DNA of 43,892 bases from Clostridia bacterium (GTDB taxonomy: Bacteria > Bacillota > Clostridia > Oscillospirales > CAG-272), in NCBI GenBank assembly GCA_017532045.1, contig JAFXJW010000054.1:1-43892 (forward strand). Reading direction: 5' to 3'. The notes beneath the pieces are model-generated. The model made no database searches and had not been told where the DNA came from. It saw only the letters and a program-made list of their open reading frames with translations. The position numbers were made by a program, and so were the translations under genes. Below, one piece after another: positions 8,331 to 15,354 of the stretch (position 1 is the stretch's first letter; the number at the start of each line of letters is the position of its first letter).

Positions 8331-10862
8331 ATGTCCGAACTGAAATTTGTTATTGAAAAGAGCCCCCGTATCGCTCGGCTCATCCACGATCTCTACAAGG
8401 ATATGCCCGAGATCGAGGCCGACCGCGCCGAGCTGGTTACCGAGAGCTACAAGCAGACCGAGAATCTGCCCATCATCAAGCGCCGCTCTGCGGCCTTCCG
8501 CCACATTCTGGAGAACATTCCCATCGTCATCCGTGATGGTGAGCTGATCGTGGGCTCCAACTCGGTGGCGCCCCGAGGCTGCCAGACCTTCCCCGAGTTC
8601 TCCTACGAGTGGCTTCCTCCCGAGTACGAGACCATCGCTACCCGTGAGGCCGATCCCTTCTACATCTCCCCCGACACCATCCGCCGTCTGGAAAACGTGC
8701 ACCCCTACTGGAAGGGCAAGACCGTCAGCGATCTGGCCGCCGCCAACATGGATCCCGAGGTGCTGGACGTATTCCTGAACCACGGCATTTTCACCGTTGG
8801 TAACTACTTCTACAACGGCGTTGGTCACGTCAACGTCAACTACGAGAAGGTGATCAACTGCGGTCTGGAGACCTACATCCAGGAGTGCATTACAGAGCTT
8901 TCCAAGCTGACCCGCGGTCAGGGCGACTACGCTCAGCGCCGCAGCTTCCTGGAATCGGTCATTGAGAGCTGCGAGGCCGTCATCGCTTACGCCCGCCGTT
9001 ACTCCGATCTGGCGCTGTCTCAGGCCGCCGCCTGCGCCGACCCCGCCCGCAAGGCCGAGCTGCTCACCATCGCCGAGGCCTGTGACCGTGTTCCCGCCAA
9101 GCCCGCCCGCTCCTTCCACGAGGCCTGTCAGGGATTCTGGTTCATCCAGCAGCTCATGCAGATGGAGTCCTCGGGTCACTCCATCTCCCCCGGTCGCTTC
9201 GACCAGTACATGTATCCCTTCTTCAAAGCCGATCTGGACGCAGGCAGGATCACCTACGAGGCCGCTCAAGAGCTTCTGGACTGCATTTGGGTCAAGCTCA
9301 ACGACCTGAACAAGGTGCGTGACGCCGCTTCCGCCGAGGGCTTTGCAGGCTACGGTCTGTTCCAGAACCTCATCGTGGGCGGTCAGGACGAGCACGGTCT
9401 CGACGCCACCAACGATCTTTCCTATATGTGCATGGAGGCCCAGATGCACGTTCGTCTGCCCCAGCCCTCCCTGTCCATCCGTGTGTGGAACGGTTCTCCC
9501 CATTCCCTCCTGATCAAGGCCGCCGCCGTTACCCGTGAGGGTATGGGCGTTCCCGCCTTCTACAACGACGAGGTGATCATTCCCTCCATGATGTCCCGTG
9601 GCTACACCCTTGAGGATGCCCGCGGCTACTGCATCATCGGTTGCGTGGAGCCCTCCGCCTGCCACAAGACCGACGGCTGGCACGACGCCGCCTTCTTCAA
9701 CATGGTTCGTCCTCTGGAGCTTGTGTTCTCCTCGGGTATGGACAAGGGCGAGCAGATCGGCCCCAAGACCATGGACGTGCTGGAAATGACCAGCTTTGAC
9801 CAGTTCTTTGACGCCTACAAGACCCAGCAGGAGTTCTTCATTGAGATGATGGCCCAGGCCGACAACGCTGTAGACGCCGCTCACGCCGTCCGTTGTCCCC
9901 TGCCCTTCGAGTCCTGCCTCATCGACGACTGCATCGCCAACGGCAGAAGCGTGCAGGAGGGTGGCTGTCACTACAACTTCACCGGCCCTCAGGGCTTCGG
10001 TATCGCCAACGTGGCCGACTCCCTGGCCGTTATGCGCAAGCTGGTCTTTGAGGACGGCGTCATCACCATGGCCGAAATGAAGCAGGCTCTCCGAGACAAC
10101 TTCGGCAAGGGCGCTACCAACAAGCGGGCTATGGAGCTGACCACCGAGGCCGCCAAGATGCTGGACGCCGAGGGCAAGGAGATCAACGCCGATCTCATCA
10201 AGGCCATCTTCATGGGCTTCAAGAACGCCGCTCACATCTCCGCCGACAAGAAGGCTCGCTACGACGACATGCTCAAGATGATCGCCGACGTACCCAAGTA
10301 CGGTAACGACCTCCGTGAGGTTGATCTGTTCGCCCGTGAGGTGGGTCAGACCTACACCAAGCCTCTGCTGGCTCATACCAACCCCCGCGGCGGTATGTTC
10401 CACGCAGGCCTGTACCCCGTATCCGCTAACGTCCCCCTGGGTCACCAGGCGGGTGCTTCCCCCGATGGCCGTCTCTCCAACACCCCCATCGCAGACGGTG
10501 TAGGCCCCATGTCGGGACGTGACGTGAAGGGCCCCACGGCTACCGCCAACTCGGTATCCCGTCTGGATCTGGGCGACGCCTCCAACGGTACCCTCCTGAA
10601 CCAGAAGTTCCATCCCTCGGCCCTGGCCGGCGAGATGGGTCTGGAGAAGTTCGTGGCTTACCTCCGCGGCTTCTTCGATCAGAAGGGCATGCACGTGCAG
10701 TACAACGTCATCTCCCGTGAGACCCTGCTGGACGCCCAGGCTCACCCCGAAAACTACAAGACCCTGGTGGTTCGCGTGGCCGGCTACTCCGCCCTCTTTA
10801 CCACCCTCTCCCGTTCTCTCCAGGACGACATCATCAGCCGTACCGAGCAGACGGGACTGTAA
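8331..10862 (+). CDS. Glycyl radical enzyme, B12-independent diol (1,2-propanediol) dehydratase type
   Basis: 843 aa. Glycyl loop VVRVAGYSALFTTL near the C-terminus. Thiyl loop IIGCVEPS (Cys-x-Glu, eliminase type, not the PFL Cys-Cys). Motifs ESSGHSISPGRFDQYMYP and GWHDAAFFNM. Aldolase/PduP/PduL context. Confidence 0.85.
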   Translation: MSELKFVIEKSPRIARLIHDLYKDMPEIEADRAELVTESYKQTENLPIIKRRSAAFRHILENIPIVIRDGELIVGSNSVAPRGCQTFPEFSYEWLPPEYETIATREADPFYISPDTIRRLENVHPYWKGKTVSDLAAANMDPEVLDVFLNHGIFTVGNYFYNGVGHVNVNYEKVINCGLETYIQECITELSKLTRGQGDYAQRRSFLESVIESCEAVIAYARRYSDLALSQAAACADPARKAELLTIAEACDRVPAKPARSFHEACQGFWFIQQLMQMESSGHSISPGRFDQYMYPFFKADLDAGRITYEAAQELLDCIWVKLNDLNKVRDAASAEGFAGYGLFQNLIVGGQDEHGLDATNDLSYMCMEAQMHVRLPQPSLSIRVWNGSPHSLLIKAAAVTREGMGVPAFYNDEVIIPSMMSRGYTLEDARGYCIIGCVEPSACHKTDGWHDAAFFNMVRPLELVFSSGMDKGEQIGPKTMDVLEMTSFDQFFDAYKTQQEFFIEMMAQADNAVDAAHAVRCPLPFESCLIDDCIANGRSVQEGGCHYNFTGPQGFGIANVADSLAVMRKLVFEDGVITMAEMKQALRDNFGKGATNKRAMELTTEAAKMLDAEGKEINADLIKAIFMGFKNAAHISADKKARYDDMLKMIADVPKYGNDLREVDLFAREVGQTYTKPLLAHTNPRGGMFHAGLYPVSANVPLGHQAGASPDGRLSNTPIADGVGPMSGRDVKGPTATANSVSRLDLGDASNGTLLNQKFHPSALAGEMGLEKFVAYLRGFFDQKGMHVQYNVISRETLLDAQAHPENYKTLVVRVAGYSALFTTLSRSLQDDIISRTEQTGL

Positions 10863-10871
10863 GAACGGGGA

Positions 10872-11054
10872 GTACGCCAAGGGGAACTTTTGCAAAAGTT
10901 CCCCTTGGATCCCCTCAAAACCTTTAAACAATTATTGATTCATCCTTTTACAATCCTTTCCCCATAAACAAATACCCTTTTTAAAGGTTTTTGGGATTCC
11001 AAAACCCTTTTTGTAAAAAGGGTTTTGGCGGGGCTTGGGGCAGCGCCCCAAAGA
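10872..11054. repeat. Family A repeats, copies 5 (forward) and 6 (inverted), convergent pair
   Basis: Copy 5: CCAAGGGGAACTTTTGCAAAAGTTCCCCTTGG, ATCCCCTCAAAACCTTTAAAC. An AT-rich spacer follows. Copy 6: TTTAAAGGTTTTTGGGATT, CCAAAACCCTTTTTGTAAAAAGGGTTTTGG, CGGGG, CTTGGGGCagCGCCCCAAAG. Confidence 0.8.
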
Positions 11055-11065
11055 AAGGACCCTAC

Positions 11066-11872
11066 ATGGCAAACTACTACGACCAGACAGGTCGGATTTT
11101 TGATATACAGCGCTTCTCCATTCACGACGGCCCGGGCATCCGCACCATCGTGTTTCTGAAGGGCTGTTACCTGCGGTGCCGCTGGTGCTGCAATCCCGAA
11201 TCTCAGGAATACAAGCTCCAGGAGCTGACCATGAACGGCACCACCAAAACCGTGGGTCAGGACATCACGGTTCGTGAGCTGATGGAGGAGATCGCCAAGG
11301 ACGAGGTGTACTACCGCCGCTCGGGCGGAGGCGTCACCCTGTCGGGCGGTGAGGCTATGGCCCAGCCCGATTTCGCCGAGGCCATTCTCCGTGCCTGCCA
11401 TGACCGTGGCTTTAGCACCGCCATTGAGACCACCGCCTTTGCGGATCGGGACGTGGTGGCCCGCCTGATCCCCCATATTGACCACGTCATGATGGACATC
11501 AAGCACATGGATTCGGTGAAGCACGAGGCCTTTACGGGACAGCCCAACGAGAAGATCCTGGCCAACGCCCGCTACATCGCCGAGCATGCAAGCCACATGG
11601 TCATCCGTGTGCCCGTGATCCCCGGATTCAACGATACCCCCGCCGAGATCGCCGCCATCGCGCGGTTTGCCGAGTCCCTCCCCGGTGTGCATGAGCTGCA
11701 CCTGCTTCCCTACCACCGACTGGGCACCGACAAGTATGCGGGTCTGGGCAGAGAATACACCCTCTCCCACATCACCCCTCCCTCAGTCGCCCACATGCAG
11801 ATGCTGAAGGAGACAGCCGAGCGGGAAGCCTGCAAGCTGACCTGCCACCTGCGGGTGCAGATCGGCGGATAA
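11066..11872 (+). CDS. Glycyl radical enzyme activating enzyme (radical SAM)
   Basis: FSIHDGPGIRTIVFLKGCYLRCRWCCNPES contains CxxxCxxC. Start set at ATG 11066 (MANYYDQ) after AAGAAAGGA; the listed upstream extension translates a repeat. Confidence 0.9.
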   Translation: MANYYDQTGRIFDIQRFSIHDGPGIRTIVFLKGCYLRCRWCCNPESQEYKLQELTMNGTTKTVGQDITVRELMEEIAKDEVYYRRSGGGVTLSGGEAMAQPDFAEAILRACHDRGFSTAIETTAFADRDVVARLIPHIDHVMMDIKHMDSVKHEAFTGQPNEKILANARYIAEHASHMVIRVPVIPGFNDTPAEIAAIARFAESLPGVHELHLLPYHRLGTDKYAGLGREYTLSHITPPSVAHMQMLKETAEREACKLTCHLRVQIGG

Positions 11873-11931
11873 TGAACTGAGCCCACGCCAGGCTCACACA
11901 ATGCAAAACTTTCGAAAGGAAATCCTACCTT

Positions 11932-12300
11932 ATGAAAGAACTGGAAATGCACGATAAAATGCGGATCGTACAAGAGCTGGTGCCCGGACGGCAGATCACT
12001 CTGCTCCACGTCATCGCCAATCCCGATCCCATCCTCTATCAGAAGCTGGGTCTTGACCCCAAGCTGGACTACTCCCACGCCGCCATCGGCGTGCTGACCG
12101 TCAGCCCCGCCGAGACCGCCGTCATCACCGCCGACATCGCCATGAAGTCCGCCAACATTGATCTGGGCTTTGTGGATCGCTTCTCAGGCACCCTCATCGT
12201 CACCGGCCGTGTGTCCGAGGTGGATTCTGCCTTTACCGCCATCGGGGAGTATTTCAGAGACACCTTGAAGTTCACCGTCTGCGAGAAGACGAGAACCTAA
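11932..12300 (+). CDS. pduU: Circularly permuted BMC shell protein (PduU/EutS type)
   Basis: 122 aa. N-terminal extension MRIVQELVPGRQITLLHVIANPD then a BMC domain ...TADIAMKSANIDLGFVDRFSGTLIVTGRVSEV. Confidence 0.85.
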   Translation: MKELEMHDKMRIVQELVPGRQITLLHVIANPDPILYQKLGLDPKLDYSHAAIGVLTVSPAETAVITADIAMKSANIDLGFVDRFSGTLIVTGRVSEVDSAFTAIGEYFRDTLKFTVCEKTRT

Positions 12301-12318
12301 AGAGAGCGAAGGAGAGCG

Positions 12319-12470
12319 CCAAAGGAAAACTTCTTGCAAGAAGTTTTCCTCTGGACTTCTTTCAAGAACCTTTCAAACACATATATTATCCAATGCTTTT
12401 TGTAAAGGTTTTGGGATTCCAAATCCCTTTTGCAAAAGGGTTTTGGTGGGGTATGGGGCAACGCCCCATA
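12319..12470. repeat. Family A repeats, copies 7 (forward) and 8 (inverted), convergent pair
   Basis: Copy 7: CCAAAGGAAAACTTCTTGCAAGAAGTTTTCCTCTGG, ...AACCTTTCAAAC. Copy 8: TTGTAAAGGTTTTGGGATT, CCAAATCCCTTTTGCAAAAGGGTTTTGG, TGGGG, TATGGGGCaaCGCCCCATA. Confidence 0.8.
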
Positions 12471-12498
12471 TATATACAATCATGAAAAACTGATCCTG

Positions 12499-12936
12499 AT
12501 GGGTCGTGTAGCGGCGGGCAAGACCACCCTTACCCAAGCGCTTAGGGGGGAACAGCTCCACTACTGCAAGACCCAATACATCAACTATCACAACACCATC
12601 ATCGACACCCCCGGGGAGTACACCGAGGTGGCGAAACTGGGCGCGGCGTTGGCTTTGTACGCCTACGAGGCCGACGTGGTGGGTCTGGTCATCGGCGCGG
12701 ACGAGCCCTTTTGCGTGTTCCCACCCTGCTGTACCTGCCTTGTCAACCGCCCCGTCATCGGCATCATCTCGGGCATCGACCGTGAGGGCGCCAATATCGA
12801 GCAAGCCGAGCGCTGGCTGAAGCTCTGCGGATGCGAGAGGATCTTCCCCTGTAGCTCCTACACGGGCGAGGGCTTGGAAGCCATTATTGCGCATCTGCGA
12901 GAGCCGGACGACGCCCCCGATGCGCTACCGATATAG
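12499..12936 (+). CDS. pduV: EutP/PduV family small GTPase (start uncertain)
   Basis: P-loop GRVAAGKTTL and IDTPGE. The first in-frame ATG (12499) would remove the beta-1 strand KLILMG that is encoded in frame upstream. An out-of-frame ATG at 12482 precedes an A5 run. Confidence 0.75.
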   Translation: MGRVAAGKTTLTQALRGEQLHYCKTQYINYHNTIIDTPGEYTEVAKLGAALALYAYEADVVGLVIGADEPFCVFPPCCTCLVNRPVIGIISGIDREGANIEQAERWLKLCGCERIFPCSSYTGEGLEAIIAHLREPDDAPDALPI

Positions 12937-12951
12937 AGCGAGGAGCGCGCC

Positions 12952-13012
12952 GGGGGAAACCTTCTTGCAAGAAGGTTTCCCCCAGACCCCTTTCCAAGAA
13001 CCTTTATTAAAG
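12952..13012. repeat. Family A repeat, copy 9 (forward)
   Basis: GGGGGAAACCTTCTTGCAAGAAGGTTTCCCCC, AGACCCCTTTCCAAGAACCTTTATTAAAGG. The element overlaps the RBS of the next gene. Confidence 0.75.
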
Positions 13013-13023
13013 GAGTTATAAGC

Positions 13024-13821
13024 ATGAGTGAGACAAAGACGAAGGTAATCTGCTTCGCCAACAACAAGGGCGGAAGCGGAAAGTCCACCACCTGCGCCAA
13101 CGTGGGTTACAGCATGGTCACCGAGGGCAAGAAGGTTTTGCTCATCGACGGCGACATGCAGATGAACCTCACCCTGTCCTACTTCGACGAGGAGGCGGCT
13201 CTCGGCTTCAACGAAAGCGGTGAGAACCTGTACGCCGCCATCAAAGGGCAGAAGGAGCTGACCCCCTTCATCCGCCACACCGCCTTTGAGGGGCTGGATC
13301 TCATCCCCTCCTCCATTCTCATGAGCGGTATCGAGGTGGATCTCTTCACCATGTGGCAGAGAGAGTTCATCCTGAAGCAAGGTCTTTCCAAGATCCGTGA
13401 ATCCGGCGAGTACGACTACATCCTCATTGACGCACCTCCCACTCTGGGCTGTTGGGTCATGAACATCATGTGCGCCTCCGACTTCCTCATCATCCCCGTG
13501 GAGGCCTCCCCCTGGGGTCTGTTCGGTCTGGCCAACCTCTTTGAGTTCTACGAGAAGCTGGAGCGCCTCGCGCCCGATCTGAGCATCATGGGCGTGGTGG
13601 TCACCAAGGCCAACGAGCGCAAGAACCAGTTCAAGCAGGCCATTGACGTGCTGGGGGAGTTGGACAACGTCCGCCTCTTTGACACCTACATCCGCATTGA
13701 CTCGGCCATTGAGTGGTCCCAAGAAAACAGTCTGCCCGTCATGGCTTACAAGAAGTCCAGCCGTGCCGCACAGGAATATCTGACACTTTCCAAGGAGGTT
13801 ATGGAATATGCCCATCGGTAA
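13024..13821 (+). CDS. ParA/MinD-family P-loop ATPase (orphan ParA, BMC-operon encoded)
   Basis: Deviant Walker A NNKGGSGKST with the signature Lys. A' motif VLLIDGDMQ. Walker B YILIDAPPTLG. 265 aa with no N-terminal HTH. RBS AAAGGAG. Confidence 0.9.
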   Translation: MSETKTKVICFANNKGGSGKSTTCANVGYSMVTEGKKVLLIDGDMQMNLTLSYFDEEAALGFNESGENLYAAIKGQKELTPFIRHTAFEGLDLIPSSILMSGIEVDLFTMWQREFILKQGLSKIRESGEYDYILIDAPPTLGCWVMNIMCASDFLIIPVEASPWGLFGLANLFEFYEKLERLAPDLSIMGVVVTKANERKNQFKQAIDVLGELDNVRLFDTYIRIDSAIEWSQENSLPVMAYKKSSRAAQEYLTLSKEVMEYAHR

Positions 13822-14176
13822 AGACAGCATCAAGACCCGCGTTGCAAAGGTGAGCGCTACCGAGGTAGCCGAGACTCCCGCCGCCGAGGTCAAGGCGCCC
13901 GCCAAAAAGGCCGCCGCTCCCAAGAAACCTGCCGCCCCCAAGACGCCCAAGGCAGAGAGCAAGACCGCACCCGCCAAGAAGCCCGCAACCACCAAGGCTG
14001 CAGCTCCTAAGAAGCCTGCCGCTCCCAAGGCGCCCAAGGCTGAGGCTCCCGCCGTGGAGACCGCCGTTTTGGCTAACGTCGCCCCCGAGACCGTCGCCGC
14101 CGTCATTGGCCACGACGAGAAGAAGGCCGCCGACAAGGTCAAGATCGGTCAGAAGCTCCCCACTCACCTGCTCTGA
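13808..14176 (+). CDS. Ala/Pro/Lys-rich low-complexity basic protein, translationally coupled to the ParA gene (candidate adaptor)
   Basis: ATG 13808 lies 14 nt inside the parA 3' end, behind AAGGAGG. 122 aa. Two repeats, (K/T)KAAAPKKPAAPK(T/A)PKAE, at 13904-13957 and 13991-14044, differ mostly by synonymous changes. Codon usage matches the host. Confidence 0.75.
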   Translation: MPIGKDSIKTRVAKVSATEVAETPAAEVKAPAKKAAAPKKPAAPKTPKAESKTAPAKKPATTKAAAPKKPAAPKAPKAEAPAVETAVLANVAPETVAAVIGHDEKKAADKVKIGQKLPTHLL

Positions 14177-14187
14177 TCCCATAGAAA

Positions 14188-14226
14188 AACGCCGCTCACG
14201 GAAAGTCCGTGGGCGGCGTTCTTTTC
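14188..14226. terminator. Rho-independent terminator closing the BMC operon (bidirectional position)
   Basis: 14-bp stem AACGCCGCTCACGG / CCGTGGGCGGCGTT (one G-U pair), 5-nt loop, then CTTTTC. It lies between convergent genes. Confidence 0.85.
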
Positions 14227-14240
14227 GTGTATGCTCATGG

Positions 14241-14714
14241 TCATAACTCCAAGAGCAGAGCCTCCAGCGCCTCGTACTGCTCCCGTTCCTGTCGGATGAT
14301 CTCCCGCAGCTCGGAGAGGACGGCGGCGTCCCTCGCCGCGGCGGCCAGAGATTCCAGCTCGGTGATGCTTGCGGCCTCAGCTTGTAGGTCTTGGCGAAGC
14401 ATCCGCCGCACCACGGGCAGAGCGCGACAGGAGGCGTCCCCCGACAGATCAATGCGGGGGGTACGCATCCGCATGGTCACCCCCGGGTCGCCTCCCAAGG
14501 CTCGGATAAGGCGACCGAGGGTATGAAAATGAGTCATGTCCTCCCTTGAAAGCCGCAAAAACTGCTCGGAGGCCTCGGTGTCCAGCCCCTCGGTGAGGAA
14601 GTGCTGATAGGTGTAGGTGATGACTTGATTCAATTCCTCGTTGTAGGCTCGCATCATGCGGGCGGCCAGTCGGGGGTCGGGTCGGATGGTGGGAGGAATA
14701 GCGGCATTGTTCAT
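14241..14714 (-). CDS. Ferritin-like (bacterioferritin/CotJC-type diiron fold) protein
   Basis: Start set at ATG 14714 (MNNAAIPP) behind AAGGAGG. Helical E...Y..Q / E..H motifs: NEELNQVITYTYQHF and REDMTHFHTLGRLIRALGGDP. Confidence 0.6.
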   Translation of the reverse strand: MNNAAIPPTIRPDPRLAARMMRAYNEELNQVITYTYQHFLTEGLDTEASEQFLRLSREDMTHFHTLGRLIRALGGDPGVTMRMRTPRIDLSGDASCRALPVVRRMLRQDLQAEAASITELESLAAAARDAAVLSELREIIRQEREQYEALEALLLEL

Positions 14715-15241
14715 AGTGGCCTCCTTGGGTCGTGTTGCTGACAGGGTATGCAGGATGTGGGGAGAGAGTGACAAATTGTGGTTTGTCGGGGAGGTCTCCC
14801 CGTACCCCGTTCCCCCACGTAGGGGTGAAGGGCGAAGCCCTTCATTAAGAGAAGTGGCCGGGGGTATTGGGGGCGGCCGTGAGCGCCCCAATGCGCACCG
14901 GAAGGTGCAAGAAAAATTTACGAGTCTATATAGGAATTTCTCTTTTCACAAAAGAAATTTTGTTGAAAACCTTCTTGCGGCTTCCGCCGCGCGTCAGGGC
15001 GTTTTTCCGACAAGCCGCACCACGGCAAATGATGCCGTAAGGGCAACATTTGCAGGCCGCAACCTTCTCGGTTAACCTCAGATGGTGTTCGTGTTGCGGC
15101 TGACGCCCCCGACACCCCAGGCCTCCTACTTTTGCTTTGCAGGGCTTCGCCCTGCACCCCATAAAAGAGGAAACCCAACTAACCGACAAACTCCAATTTA
15201 TAAATTTTCTCCCCTCCGAGCAGTTTTCTGCACAGAACATC

Positions 15242-15270
15242 TTGACATTTTGTCTGTCTTCGGGTAAAAT
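15242..15270 (+). promoter_or_regulatory. Sigma-A type promoter for the phosphohexomutase gene
   Basis: TTGACA, 17 nt, TAAAAT, located 85 nt upstream of ATG 15355. Confidence 0.7.
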
Positions 15271-15354
15271 ATGGATAAGAATATTTACAGCACGGAGAGG
15301 ATCGCGGCGACTTGTCGCCGCCACCTCCAATACATCGCACAAAGGAGATCAACC

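Noticed and set aside
8331-10862. Glycyl radical enzyme considered as pyruvate formate-lyase or choline TMA-lyase.
   Set aside because: - The thiyl loop is GCVEP (Cys-x-Glu, dehydratase/eliminase type), not the adjacent Cys-Cys of PFL.
- The locus has an aldolase, PduP and PduL and no choline-related genes.
- The choline-lyase alternative is rejected on context only and needs a pocket-residue alignment.
10991-11065. N-terminal ORF extensions that run into repeats or a tRNA. They are 4355-4399, 10991-11065, 12430-12498, 20042-20134, 31361-31405, 32348-32617, 42914-43039 and 43737-43799.
   Set aside because: The extensions translate family A repeats, the heptamer array or the tRNA-Ser gene. 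They often begin at TTG. Each has a downstream ATG with a proper Shine-Dalgarno sequence and a family-typical N-terminus.
13024-13821. ParA gene considered as chromosomal Soj/ParA or a plasmid partition gene.
   Set aside because: No ParB/Spo0J, parS-like sequence, replication or origin-proximal genes are adjacent. The gene sits inside a same-strand operon with BMC genes, and its partner is a low-complexity basic protein rather than an HTH/RHH centromere binder. A degenerate plasmid-type origin cannot be fully excluded without phylogeny.
13904-14044. AKP-rich gene considered as a spurious ORF in a GC-rich spacer.
   Set aside because: It has a strong AAGGAGG at correct spacing and a coupled overlap with parA. 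Its codon choice is host-like (GCC/CCC/AAG). Its two peptide repeats are conserved at the protein level despite synonymous differences. A terminator is placed right after its stop. It is kept as a real gene, though with lower confidence than the enzymes.
14656-15342. ORFs 14656-15075(+), 14918-15178(-), 14926-15342(-) and 15137-15358(+) in the long intergenic region, and 22000-22320(+) / 22119-22340(-) in array 1.
   Set aside because: These have no RBS. They overlap one another and are made of translated hairpin repeats (Arg/Gly/Pro-rich), with composition unlike the neighbouring genes.
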